Positions 1 to 9,268 are shown, counted from the first letter of the stretch. The stretch: DNA of 32,000 nt from Ignicoccus islandicus DSM 13165 (GCF_001481685.1 NZ_CP006867.1:870001-902000), one strand, 5' to 3'. Notes: generated from the letters alone by a model not told the origin. Numbers and translations are program-made.

Positions 1-192
1 TAAGACGTGGCCTATGTTCCTAAATATTTCCGCGTCGTCCGGAAGCTTCTCAAGTTCTGATTTGACCCTCTTCAGCTCGTTGAGCTCAGCTTGGTAGAGG
101 GTTAACTGCTGTACTACGTTCTCGTATAGCGCTTGTTGTTGTTGAAGTTGCGCTAGTAAGTTCTGGGCCTTGGGAGGTAAGTTCACGCTCAT
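1..192 (-). CDS. pfdB: Prefoldin beta subunit, N-terminal part (truncated at window edge)
   Basis: Minus-strand translation from ATG at 192: MSVNLPPKAQNLLAQLQQQQALYENVVQQLTLYQAELNELKRVKSELEKLPDDAEIFRNIGHVL..., a coiled coil typical of archaeal prefoldin beta; its start overlaps the stop of the next gene. Confidence 0.85.
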   Translation of the reverse strand, partial: MSVNLPPKAQNLLAQLQQQQALYENVVQQLTLYQAELNELKRVKSELEKLPDDAEIFRNIGHVL

Positions 193-425
193 GGCCTATC
201 CTCCACGGCCTTAAGGGCTTCGGAGGCACTATATATCCAGTACATAAACGAGTTAGCAGCAGCCCTAAGAGCGCTCACGTCCTTGGCCTTGATTACTATT
301 CTCTTATCATTTGCCTCTAACTGAACTCTCGAACTTGTGGGGGGATGGGTTACCTCTGGCAGCAAGGCGGTGAACACTGCTTCGTCGCACACTTCAATCT
401 CTACTTCGCCTATCCACTCTCGCAA
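189..425 (-). CDS. KEOPS complex subunit Pcc1-like protein
   Basis: 78 aa; '...RIVIKAKDVSALRAAANSFMYWIYSASEAL' resembles the Pcc1 C-terminal helix motif; small gene next to prefoldin. Confidence 0.75.
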   Translation of the reverse strand: MREWIGEVEIEVCDEAVFTALLPEVTHPPTSSRVQLEANDKRIVIKAKDVSALRAAANSFMYWIYSASEALKAVEDRP

Positions 426-981
426 TCCTAATCACCGGACCGACTTTCAGGTTAGAACCGGAAGGCCGGAATATAACTTCGAACCCCCTTTCGTCCCTCT
501 CAACGCTCGCTACTAAGTCCTCATCGCCTTCGCATTCGCCTAGGCCTAAGAGGTCCCTTAGGTTTCCTATGATTTCCTTCGTCTCTTCGTCTATAGCGTT
601 TTCATCTATGCAAACTTTCTTAACATTGTAAACCCTCCTACCCGTTTCCGAGCTCAGGCTCAAACCCCTCAGAACTATTGTTCCTAATGGAACTAGTTCT
701 ACTCCATCTACCGAGTAGACCTCTATTGAGTGGGGGTTCCCGTTTTTCTCTTTTACGATAATTACCCTCTCCGCTCCTAAGTCAGATGCTATAGAGCCGA
801 GGAGCTCTAGCGCCGCTTTCCCTCTGCTCACTCTTTCCGAGTTCGGCAAGACGCTAGCCAGATCCTTCAAGAAAGTGCGCGTCCTCTGAGAGGGTTTGTG
901 TGAGGTCGTTAGCAAGTACCTAACTCGTTGCTCCAATTCGCGTCCCATTTCGCATCCCTTCAGTACGGTAATTAACAGCAA
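394..981 (-). CDS. Brix domain-containing ribosome biogenesis protein
   Basis: 'YLLTTSHKPSQRTRTFLKDLASVLPNSERVSRGK' is the archaeal Brix/Imp4-like N-terminus; the true start is probably the internal Met (MGRELEQRV..., about 948). Confidence 0.8.
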   Translation of the reverse strand: MLLITVLKGCEMGRELEQRVRYLLTTSHKPSQRTRTFLKDLASVLPNSERVSRGKAALELLGSIASDLGAERVIIVKEKNGNPHSIEVYSVDGVELVPLGTIVLRGLSLSSETGRRVYNVKKVCIDENAIDEETKEIIGNLRDLLGLGECEGDEDLVASVERDERGFEVIFRPSGSNLKVGPVIRIARVDRRSRD

Positions 982-1024
982 TGAGGAGATCTTTCTATAA
1001 AAATAGATATCTGTTTTATGATTT

Positions 1025-1045
1025 ATTCACCATCCCATGGTGAAT
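1025..1045. promoter_or_regulatory. 9-3-9 dyad at outer end of leader 1
   Basis: ATTCACCAT CCC ATGGTGAAT, perfect arms. Confidence 0.8.
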
Positions 1046-1509
1046 ACCCATCTCCACCCCTTGTCCAAATTCACATTTCCATTTACTCACAATCAATTCC
1101 ATCATTTCCTCAACCTTAATCATTTACGAAAAGAAACAATGGTCTCCTTAAGCACCTTCAGTTTCTACCGGACTTCCCAATTGTTAATTCCATTTTAACC
1201 CAATCAATTATCATTGTATTTGCAAAAACAAACAAGATTTACCACTCTTGAGCTCAGACCATCAGTACAAGGCCCTTTCAAGATCGATCTTTACAATGAG
1301 AAGGAGCTTAGATGGGTTAATAAGCGATCATGGGAACTTTAATGATCATGGGGATTTCTACTCAAGCCTACCTTATATAAGCATATGCATGTATATATTG
1401 GACAACTACTTGAATTCAAGTTCTGAGAGGAAAGGTATGGTTGAGGAAAGGCAGATGAAGGGAAAGGGTTAAAAGATGGAGAATTAGTTGTTTAAATAGG
1501 AGGGCAACG
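1025..1509 (+). promoter_or_regulatory. CRISPR leader 1 (for array 1)
   Basis: AT-rich noncoding DNA abutting the first repeat; reverse-complement homologue of 29860-30345. Shared blocks include 'TTTAAATAGGAGGGCAACG|repeat', 'GGCAGATGAAGGG', 'GGGGATTTCTACTC', 'ATTCACCATCCCATGGTGAAT'. TATA-like TTTAAATA lies just before the first repeat. Confidence 0.9.
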
Positions 1510-2524
1510 GTAGAGATCCAAGAGGGAGTGGAAAGCTAATCTTATTAGAGACGCGATTTCTTCGAATTCCCCGTAGAGATCCAAGAGGGAGTGGAAAGAA
1601 GATTTATGCGAATTCATAGCCTAATTCTTTTAAGAAGTAGAGATCCAAGAGGGAGTGGAAAGCAACCTCGATTTATTTTTTACGTTTTCTACGTTCTTTT
1701 ATGTAGAGATCCAAGAGGGAGTGGAAAGTTCTCTTTCTTCTTTTCCTTTAGCTCTTCAATTAGCAGTAGAGATCCAAGAGGGAGTGGAAAGCTTCTTCAT
1801 TTCTTCCTCCTTTTCTTTCAAGCCACGTAGCAGTAGAGATCCAAGAGGGAGTGGAAAGCAAACTCTCCCCGAATTCTTGCGCTTCGGTTGGGGTTCCCAT
1901 GTAGAGATCCAAGAGGGAGTGGAAAGATATGATAGCATATTACTCCATCTTCTTAGCTTCAAGAAGATAAGTAGAGATCCAAGAGGGAGTGGAAAGTCCG
2001 AGGAAATAGGCTCGAGCCTTTTTATGTTTTGTCTGTAGAGATCCAAGAGGGAGTGGAAAGTGTTATAAAACTCATTAGACCTCTCTATTTCGAGGATGTA
2101 ATGTAGAGATCCAAGAGGGAGTGGAAAGCCCTCTCTAGGTCCCTCCTCCCTCTGAAGGGATCGATTATCCTGTAGAGATCCAAGAGGGAGTGGAAAGCCG
2201 GTGTCAAGACGCGTGACGACTATGTTCATAACGTGTAGAGATCCAAGAGGGAGTGGAAAGTCTTCTTTCTCGTTCCGTGCGAACCCTCTAAGTACAGTAG
2301 AGATCCAAGATGGAGTGGAAAGAATCAGTAACACTTATAATACTACGTCTGGTAGTATTGTAGTAGAGACCCAATAGGGAATAGAAAGTAGTCTCATTCC
2401 ACTTCCCGGACTTGGGAAGCATTCCGTTACTGTAGAATCCCAATAGGGAATAGAAAGTTATCGTATTCGATCCTTATAGTTAGCTTAACTTCATCCGGGT
2501 AGAGTCCAAATAGGGAATAGAAAG
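1510..2524 (+). CRISPR. CRISPR array 1, 16 repeats of 26 nt, 15 spacers of 36-44 nt, leader on the left
   Basis: Repeat starts 1510,1573,1637,1703,1766,1833,1901,1971,2035,2103,2172,2235,2297,2363,2432,2499. Repeats 1-12 are identical GTAGAGATCCAAGAGGGAGTGGAAAG; repeat 13 has one change (G15T); repeats 14-16 are near-copies of GTAGAGTCCCAATAGGGAATAGAAAG. Confidence 0.99.
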
Positions 2525-2662
2525 ATAATATGTTATAACTATAAAGTATTCTCTTAAGAGGCCTCTAGCAAAAGTCTCGAGGCGAAATTGAAGCGGAAAT
2601 GAATAGAAGGTATGGGCCTCGAATGCGTAGGAACTGTGAGGGGTCGGGGCCGGTCCACTTCT

Positions 2663-3121
2663 TCACCCATCTAGGCTCAAGAGGCGCCGCTCCTCATCCC
2701 CAGTAACGAAGTTCGTTAAAGGTACCGTTCTAGCCGCTTCCGATAGCCTATCGAACTCGTCCAGCGTGAGGCCTCCTTGGGGTACTAACTTGAAGCTCCT
2801 TTGGGCCCTCTCGAGGTCTTCGGCCCTAAAGAACCTCCACCCCCTCCCATCGAGTACTTTCACAGCTATCCAAGGTTCTGCCCCGCCCCTAATTTTCCAT
2901 ACCATTAACGTTTCGACTTGCTTTGGAGGCAAATATATCGTTCTCTCTTCACTGGAAGTCTTTACCTCTATAGCCGCTGCGTATCCCTTCTTCAAGGCGA
3001 CCAAGTCGGGATACGGGTACCTCTTCACCTTGGCCCCGCTCGCGGGAGCCCTAATCACGACCCATCCACGTTTATAGAGAAGTTGAGCTAGTTGCCTTTC
3101 GTAATTGGTGCGGGACCTCAA
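2663..3121 (-). CDS. hjc: Archaeal Holliday junction resolvase Hjc
   Basis: 152 aa; 'NYERQLAQLLYKRGWVVIRAPASG...PYPDLVALKKGYAAAIEVKTSSEERTIYLPPKQVETL' carries the Hjc E / PD / EVK catalytic pattern. Confidence 0.92.
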   Translation of the reverse strand: MRSRTNYERQLAQLLYKRGWVVIRAPASGAKVKRYPYPDLVALKKGYAAAIEVKTSSEERTIYLPPKQVETLMVWKIRGGAEPWIAVKVLDGRGWRFFRAEDLERAQRSFKLVPQGGLTLDEFDRLSEAARTVPLTNFVTGDEERRLLSLDG

Positions 3122-3178
3122 CTCTTCCTCCGAAAAGAGGTATAGTAGAGAGGTAATATCGGTTAAATAAGGAGGAAG

Positions 3179-3847
3179 CTACCACGCTTCCCTTTCGGGA
3201 ACGATTACCTCTATTCCCAAGGGCTCGACGAGTTCCTTGAACTTCAGCGCGTCCTTAACGCTCCCGACTATAGTTCCCCAATGCATTGGCACAGCGAGCT
3301 TCACGCCTTTCATGGACTTAACCGCCTCAGCTGCCTCTTCGGGGGTCATCACGTATGTCCCTGATACAGGAAGCAGCGCTACTTCCGCCTCCAAGCCTCT
3401 CATTTCCGGTACGAAATCGGTGTCTCCCGCGTGGTATAGGCGGAACCCCACGTCTATCACGTAACCCACTCTACCGTCTTCCTTTGGATGGAAGACAACT
3501 CCCGGAGCGCGGAACTTGTTCACGTTGTAAGCCGGTACGGTTTCGAAGGGTATTGGCTCGTTATACCTCTCGCCGGGCTTAACGAAAATCTTTTCGTTAT
3601 CGAACGACCTTAGGCAGTCCCTAGCGATTTCGGGAGCTATTACGATAGTTCTGTCATCAATTACTTTCCTTATGTCGCTGGGAGAACAGTGATCGAAGTG
3701 TTCGTGCGTAATGAAAAGTACACTTGCCTTATCGTTGCTCTTAACAGATATCTTATAGGGATCTATGGCTATTACGTCGTTCGCTGTTACTATCTTGAAC
3801 CCGTCGTGGCCGAGCCAACTAAGTTTAACGCCTTTCCAAGATATCAA
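3179..3847 (-). CDS. Metal-dependent hydrolase, beta-lactamase fold (UPF0173-like)
   Basis: 'KLSWLGHDGFKI', 'LFITHEHFDHCSP', 'YHAGDTDFVPEM', 'VKLAVPMHWGT' metal-binding motifs. Confidence 0.85.
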   Translation of the reverse strand: MISWKGVKLSWLGHDGFKIVTANDVIAIDPYKISVKSNDKASVLFITHEHFDHCSPSDIRKVIDDRTIVIAPEIARDCLRSFDNEKIFVKPGERYNEPIPFETVPAYNVNKFRAPGVVFHPKEDGRVGYVIDVGFRLYHAGDTDFVPEMRGLEAEVALLPVSGTYVMTPEEAAEAVKSMKGVKLAVPMHWGTIVGSVKDALKFKELVEPLGIEVIVPEREAW

Positions 3848-3889
3848 AGGGGCCGTCCCGAGTAGAAGGGCGCTTCATGAGATATTAGG

Positions 3890-5560
3890 TTAAGCGCTCG
3901 GTAGCGATTCGAGCTTCACAGCTAGCCGAGCGGCCGTTCCGGAAGCCCCATCCAAGTACTTCTCCACTTCAAGCTCCTTTCCAAAGCCCTTTTCGTAAGC
4001 TTCGCTTAGGCCCTTTAAGAGGTCCGAAACGTCCCCCTTCTTCAAGTACCACCTCTTGAACTCCAGTTCTCCCCGTGCCTCTGGGAAGACTAGGATTAGT
4101 TTGGTGAAGTTCTTTCCCATGAGCTCTTTGGCTACCACCGATGCAGGGCATTCCTCTAGTAGGCAAACTTCCGTAGGCTTGGACCTCTTGGCGACCAATA
4201 CGCCTCCAGTGTAGCCCTTGTACCTACTGAAGTACAAGATGACCGCGGAGTGGTAATACTGGCTCAAGAGGGTTAGGAAGGCTTCGCGTCCTTCCTTATC
4301 GTCTTCGCTGTAGTACTTGTTCACCAGTTTCTGGGAGAGTTCGTCCGAAGCCAGTAAGTAGGTCCACCTTCTCCTCGATAGTATCGACTTCGCGAGGAGG
4401 TACAAGGTAACGAGGTCGTCATCCAGTTTGATCCTTCCATTCCGTACCCTTTTCTCTATTTCGGATGGAATCTTCCTCAGCATTTGGTAGAAGGTCGAAT
4501 CAGTAACCAAGTTCATTATTTCAGTTAACTTGGCCCCCTGCTCTTTCCCTAAGTCATTGCTCGGGGAAGCGCCCTTGTGGTAGGCCATCCTAATTACTTC
4601 TATTTCGTACAGAAGATCCCTCCAGTCCTCCCTCTTTAATATCAAGTTGAGTATCCTTACGGCCATTGCGCTGTAGAGCATTGAAATTGTATGTAAGTAA
4701 ACGTCCTTATACATGAAAACCCTTCCGAGGAGCATGGATTCTATAACGCTTATTCCCTTATCTAAAATGCCGACCTTGAGGAGGTCCTTGTTCTCCTTGT
4801 CTGGTACGAGAACGATCACCTTATACAATCTATTTAAATCGTAGGATCCCAAGGACACTCCAGCTGAGTACGCGTCGCGGAGAACGAAATCGCCCCTGTC
4901 TACGTCTATCTCGGAACTGATGAGCTGAGCTATTATTAACTTGGCGTTGTTCCGGGGGTTCAAGTTGCTGAGCAGGTTCATTCTGGCTCCGCTGAAGTAA
5001 GCGGCTTGGAGCACTTCCTTTACAGTTTCTAAATCGACCCTTCTCCCTTTGTACCTCACTTCGCTACCGCTCTGAATCAACTCCTCGACTATAGCTATGC
5101 CCCGTAATTCGTGGTCTGTAAAGAGAGGTATTGCGCCGGCTTCCTTTAGGTACGTTAGGTCGCTCTTGGTGACCTTTTCGGATACGTGGGAGAGCAGCAT
5201 GTGACCTATGTCGTGGAGGAGCGCGGCCACTACTGCCTCCGGAAGGAGGTTCTCCAGTTCCTTCATTACCTCCTCGTAAGCGGGCTTCAAGTGCTTCGTC
5301 AAATGGATCAGTTCCTTGGTGTTTTCAATAACGTGCGTTATCATGTTCTTCATTACTGCAGCTGCTCCCAGCGAGTGCTCGAACCTAGTGTGGGTAGCGC
5401 TAGGGTAAACGAGGTAAGCTAATCCCAGTTGCTTCACGTCCCTCAGTCTCTGAAAGAGCTCCGTGTCTATCAGAGTTTCGAATAAGTCCTTTGGGAGTTC
5501 CACGAACCCGTGGATAGGGTCCCTAACGGCTCTCAGTTCGACTCCTTTCTCGTCCCCCAA
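3890..5560 (-). CDS. HD-domain phosphohydrolase (dNTPase-like)
   Basis: 'DPIHGFVELPKDLFETLIDTELFQRLRDVKQLGLAYLVYPSATHTRFEHSLG...ALLHDIGHMLLSH' is the classical housekeeping HD hydrolase signature. Confidence 0.85.
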   Translation of the reverse strand: MGDEKGVELRAVRDPIHGFVELPKDLFETLIDTELFQRLRDVKQLGLAYLVYPSATHTRFEHSLGAAAVMKNMITHVIENTKELIHLTKHLKPAYEEVMKELENLLPEAVVAALLHDIGHMLLSHVSEKVTKSDLTYLKEAGAIPLFTDHELRGIAIVEELIQSGSEVRYKGRRVDLETVKEVLQAAYFSGARMNLLSNLNPRNNAKLIIAQLISSEIDVDRGDFVLRDAYSAGVSLGSYDLNRLYKVIVLVPDKENKDLLKVGILDKGISVIESMLLGRVFMYKDVYLHTISMLYSAMAVRILNLILKREDWRDLLYEIEVIRMAYHKGASPSNDLGKEQGAKLTEIMNLVTDSTFYQMLRKIPSEIEKRVRNGRIKLDDDLVTLYLLAKSILSRRRWTYLLASDELSQKLVNKYYSEDDKEGREAFLTLLSQYYHSAVILYFSRYKGYTGGVLVAKRSKPTEVCLLEECPASVVAKELMGKNFTKLILVFPEARGELEFKRWYLKKGDVSDLLKGLSEAYEKGFGKELEVEKYLDGASGTAARLAVKLESLPSA

Positions 5561-5655
5561 AACTGCTTTACCGATACCAATTGATGAGACGAGTAGATAT
5601 TAGGTTAAAGGTTTAAGTCCTCCGCTCGGTAGAGTGAGGCTCGCGTGACGCGGCC

Positions 5656-6606
5656 TTGATACCCGTAACCCCGCAAGATCACGAGAAGGTGAACTTAGGT
5701 GAGAGCGAGGTACTGAAACTGAGGGCGGATCCCGAAGGAGTTCAAGAGAACTACATATTCGCTTACTTGATAGTTGGAAGGGAAGGGAGGGTACTAATAG
5801 AAACGGGACCTAGGAAGGCCCTCCCTACGCTCAAGGAATCCTTGCGCGAGAAGGGCTTCAAGTTAAGCGAGTTGGACGCTGTGTTCGTTACCCACATCCA
5901 CTTGGATCACGCGGGGGCGCTAGGGGAAGTTGTGAGGGAATGCAACTGTAAGGCCTACGTTCACCCTAGGGGGCTACCGCACCTAGTAGACCCGAGCAGG
6001 CTCAACGAAGCGGCTAAGAACACCTTAGGCGACTTCGTGTTCAACGCTTACGGGGAAGCCTTCCCTCTGGACCCGGATAAGGGAGTGGCGACTGAAGACG
6101 GGAGGACGTACGAAATCAAGGACCTCAAGATAGAAGTAGTGTTCACGCCTGGTCACGCGCCCCACCATCAAGTGGTAATTCACGAGGGCGTGCTCTTCCC
6201 CGGTGACTTATTAGGTGAAGTGACCGTCTGGACCGGGGCATACACCCCTACTACCCCTCATAGAACCATTCCGCCCATGATAATTGATTCCATATGGAAG
6301 ATATCCGATAGGCAGTTCGTAGCGGCCGCTTACACTCATAGGGGAATTGTGATGGGCGAAGATGAAGTGAGGAACCAAATGATGGGCGAAGTGGAGCAAA
6401 TAAGGACGTGGTTGAACACTATTTTCGTTCGAAGGAGTAAGTGTAGGGAGGACATTGAGTGCTACAAGAAGTACTTGATCGAGGCCGATCCGCTCTTCAA
6501 GAAGTTGGTGGAAGAGGGGGAGTTGGAAAAGAGTAAGTTGCTGCAGAACTCCATTAGGATGAGCATAGAGGGTTTAATGAAGTACGTTCAAGCAGTTTTC
6601 ACGTAA
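5656..6606 (+). CDS. MBL-fold metallohydrolase
   Basis: TTG start; 'AVFVTHIHLDHAGALG', 'VVFTPGHAPHHQVV', 'LFPGDLLGE' motifs. Confidence 0.85.
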   Translation: MIPVTPQDHEKVNLGESEVLKLRADPEGVQENYIFAYLIVGREGRVLIETGPRKALPTLKESLREKGFKLSELDAVFVTHIHLDHAGALGEVVRECNCKAYVHPRGLPHLVDPSRLNEAAKNTLGDFVFNAYGEAFPLDPDKGVATEDGRTYEIKDLKIEVVFTPGHAPHHQVVIHEGVLFPGDLLGEVTVWTGAYTPTTPHRTIPPMIIDSIWKISDRQFVAAAYTHRGIVMGEDEVRNQMMGEVEQIRTWLNTIFVRRSKCREDIECYKKYLIEADPLFKKLVEEGELEKSKLLQNSIRMSIEGLMKYVQAVFT

Positions 6607-7445
6607 TCAAACATACCTATCCTCAACCTCACTTTCACAGCACCCTTCCAGTTCAGTCTGTCCTTTATAATCTTTGCTATTTCCTCTGCAATTTTGTAGC
6701 CGCTAAACAGTCCTACCTTGCTGTCCGGGGACCTCTCCGCTACTATTAAAGCGTTGATCATATTTTCAGCTACATTAATTGTAATTAAATTGTCCTTCAT
6801 AACCAGTCCAGAGGACGTTAAGACGGTTTTTATCAAGTTATCTATCACGGTATCTACTACAACGTAGAGGGTCTGGCCTTCTAAGCTGACCACCGCGACC
6901 AGCGGTTCTATGAAACCTATCTCTTGCATCTTCTCAATTAGGTTCATGTAAAGTATTTTAGAGACACCAACGACGCTCACGCTTAGCTTCTCAACTTTAC
7001 CCATTCTCACCTTTAACGTCCATAAGTTCAGGTCTGGATCCCTTTCGTAAGTAACGTCCAGTATTCTGAAGGGCAACTTCTTGCTTTCGTCTCCTAGTTC
7101 CCATTTAACGAATTCCACTAACTGCTTGAGCTTCCTCTCAGTTATGGATTCCTCAATTATTTCCTCAGCCAGTTGCCCTTCGCTCGAAGCTCCCTCTTCC
7201 TTTACCTCCTCGCGCACCTCCTCTATGGTAGGTTGAGGAGCTGATTTAGCTATCTTAAACATCAATGGAAGAGGGATAAACACCAAGAAGAGCTGATCGT
7301 CAGGAATGCTGTCTAAAGTGTGTTCGTCCACAACGACTACTATTGGGTCGTCCGTTTCCAAGGAGACCACCTTGGCAACCTTGTATAATCTGACGAAGTC
7401 CTTCAACTCGTGTCCTCTTAATATTATGAAGCCCGTTTTTGCCAT
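6588..7445 (-). CDS. Hypothetical protein (285 aa)
   Basis: Long open frame with archaeal codon character; no recognised motif. Confidence 0.65.
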   Translation of the reverse strand: MAKTGFIILRGHELKDFVRLYKVAKVVSLETDDPIVVVVDEHTLDSIPDDQLFLVFIPLPLMFKIAKSAPQPTIEEVREEVKEEGASSEGQLAEEIIEESITERKLKQLVEFVKWELGDESKKLPFRILDVTYERDPDLNLWTLKVRMGKVEKLSVSVVGVSKILYMNLIEKMQEIGFIEPLVAVVSLEGQTLYVVVDTVIDNLIKTVLTSSGLVMKDNLITINVAENMINALIVAERSPDSKVGLFSGYKIAEEIAKIIKDRLNWKGAVKVRLRIGMFDYVKTA

Positions 7446-7487
7446 TGTTCATCACCTTTAACGATGGGTCCGCACGCTCGTGTTACT

Positions 7488-8081
7488 TCATCCCATGGAG
7501 GTTATCTCTCGCGCCTTCTTCATCCCTAGATACACTGAATAGCTTAAATTCTCATAAACTATTTCGTCAAGCAAAACTTCGACTTCCCTTTTCATTTGAG
7601 TAACGACCCTAGGGGGCTTCCAAGGACACTTAAACGAGCTAACCTTCCTTGCGAGAACAGATAAATCGTCGCTCAAGTGTTCCTCTTCATCCTCTTTATC
7701 GGATCCTCCGAGGGGTCTGTAAAGGGTAACTCCCTTCGATAGGTAGCTGGCGTTCCTAAGCGTTTGGGACGCCACTTGACCTATGCTATCCCCTATTACA
7801 ATTTCCTCGTCTATCTGTGCAGCCCTTAAAATCATTGCTCTCTTACATGCTAGGCAGAGATAGGAAGAGAGGCGGGCCTTAGATAAGGCCTCCAATACCT
7901 TCCTTAAGTAAGGCCTGTGATCGAAGAGGTGTACCTCAAACGAAGGATTCAGTCTGAAGAGTTCCATTAAGGCCAGCTTGGAGGCCCTAGGATCTACTAT
8001 GAAATGGGCAACCTTGTTTACGTTTAATAACTTGGACAGAACGAAACTATCTATACCGCCAGAAAAGAGTAAAATCGTCAT
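7488..8081 (-). CDS. PP-loop ATPase related to the ThiI C-terminal domain
   Basis: 'LLFSGGIDSFVLSKLL' PP-loop; 'CLACKRAM'; 'VIGDSIGQVASQTLRN' resembles the ThiI 'GES(L)GQVASQT' block; no THUMP domain in 197 aa. Confidence 0.75.
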   Translation of the reverse strand: MTILLFSGGIDSFVLSKLLNVNKVAHFIVDPRASKLALMELFRLNPSFEVHLFDHRPYLRKVLEALSKARLSSYLCLACKRAMILRAAQIDEEIVIGDSIGQVASQTLRNASYLSKGVTLYRPLGGSDKEDEEEHLSDDLSVLARKVSSFKCPWKPPRVVTQMKREVEVLLDEIVYENLSYSVYLGMKKAREITSMG

Positions 8082-8092
8082 TTAGGGTACCG

Positions 8093-8542
8093 TTAGAGTT
8101 TAGATGCCGCCGCTACTTGAGGTTTGACCACCAATATGTTCTTCTTACACGTGATAACTAGTTTCGTCGAAACGCTTCCAAGTAGGTAGCCCGAGACGTT
8201 ACCTAAGCCCCTGCTTCCAACTACCACGAGATCGACGTTCTCTTCTTCAGCCATTTTGGTTATTTCATCCACGGGGGAACCCTCTCTAACTACGAACTTC
8301 CCTTTGATGCCTTCCTTTTCGAAGGTCTCATTTACCAATTTCTCTAGTTTTATGGCTCTGTCCTTAAGCGGTCCCAGTATTACGTCCTTATGCGGTATAT
8401 CCGGAATGGACCTCGTGTCTATAACGTGTATTACTATTACTTCCGAGCCGTACTTCTTAGCTAGGTCTATGGCCGTTTCGAATGCCTTTTGGCTTACTTC
8501 AGAACTATCGTGACCTACTAGTATCTTCTTGAACAACTTCAC
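8093..8542 (-). CDS. Universal stress protein (UspA family)
   Basis: 'KKILVGHDSSEVSQKAFETAIDLAKKYGSEVIVIHVID...VDLVVVGSRGLGNVSGYLLGSVSTKL'. Confidence 0.95.
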   Translation of the reverse strand: MKLFKKILVGHDSSEVSQKAFETAIDLAKKYGSEVIVIHVIDTRSIPDIPHKDVILGPLKDRAIKLEKLVNETFEKEGIKGKFVVREGSPVDEITKMAEEENVDLVVVGSRGLGNVSGYLLGSVSTKLVITCKKNILVVKPQVAAASKL

Positions 8543-8739
8543 CCACCTAGCAACAACATTCTGACTACCTTCTTGCTCCTTTCGGTTAATTTAATTAGAG
8601 GGAGGATAACCTCCTTCGCTATCTCTACTTGTTCTTCGTATTCCTCTTTCTTTGCCTTTAGCGTGTTCTTGGTTACGAATTCCTTTAACTTTTCGTCTAG
8701 TAGGAAGCCGAGAGATTCCTCTTCCCTTACCTTGGTCAT
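8539..8739 (-). CDS. Small charged helical protein (66 aa), unknown
   Basis: Open frame abutting the PIN gene upstream and overlapping the USP start by 4 nt, so it is probably translated in the operon. Confidence 0.5.
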   Translation of the reverse strand: MTKVREEESLGFLLDEKLKEFVTKNTLKAKKEEYEEQVEIAKEVILPLIKLTERSKKVVRMLLLGG

Positions 8740-8740
8740 G

Positions 8741-9268
8741 TTACAACACCTCCTCTTTAATTATTTGGGAGAGCCTCTTAGGTGTAACTATTTGGATTTC
8801 CCTTAGACCCCTGTTAACGTTCACCCTATTGACGGCGCTCTCAACGCTCTTGCTCGCCATCCTCCTGCTGTCCCAAGAGACCACGTAGTCGGCCTCTGCC
8901 AACGTTGCAGACGCTAATACGAGTAAGTTAGCGAAGTACTTCTCAGATAGAACTCTCTCGTCCAAGTAAACGTTAGCTAGCTCTAACACCTTTTCGTGAT
9001 TGTCTTCAACGACCTTCACCCTGTATTTCCACATGGTATCTAGGACGTGCCTTAACCTGAACCAACCCATGTCGCCTAGGTACAGCAATTGCTCCAGTTC
9101 CAGTAGTATGGGCGTTCCTACTATTACCGTCCAGTCGGCTTGCTCTAAGAGCTTTAGGAACTCGACAGTTTCGTCGTGTAACTTATCTTCCAAGGCGGCA
9201 GCTGCTAGTAGAACGTTTCCGTCGAGATAGACCTTCTTCTCGATTTTAGCCAAACGCCTCCACCACAC
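8741..9268 (-). CDS. PIN-domain-like ribonuclease
   Basis: 'KVYLDGNVLLAAAALEDKLHDETVEFLKLLEQ...TPILLELEQLL...ADYVVSWDSR...REIQIVTPKRL' fits the PIN pattern of spaced acidic residues. Confidence 0.7.
   Translation of the reverse strand: MWWRRLAKIEKKVYLDGNVLLAAAALEDKLHDETVEFLKLLEQADWTVIVGTPILLELEQLLYLGDMGWFRLRHVLDTMWKYRVKVVEDNHEKVLELANVYLDERVLSEKYFANLLVLASATLAEADYVVSWDSRRMASKSVESAVNRVNVNRGLREIQIVTPKRLSQIIKEEVL

Noticed and set aside
1248-1472. ORF of 74 aa inside leader 1
   Set aside because: It lies in homologous noncoding leader DNA, and leader 2 does not preserve an equivalent reading frame.
1591-2334. ORFs 1591..1830(+), 1655..2038(+) and 1756..2334(-)
   Set aside because: They are translations through CRISPR array 1; the repeated 'SRDPRGSGK' and 'GFPLPLGSL' peptides are the repeat read in frame.
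3890-5560. HD-domain protein considered as Cas3''/Cas10-type HD nuclease
   Set aside because: The N-terminal 'DPIHGFVELPKDLFETLIDTELFQRL...H..FEHSLG' signature is that of housekeeping dNTPase-like HD hydrolases; there are no Cas motifs.
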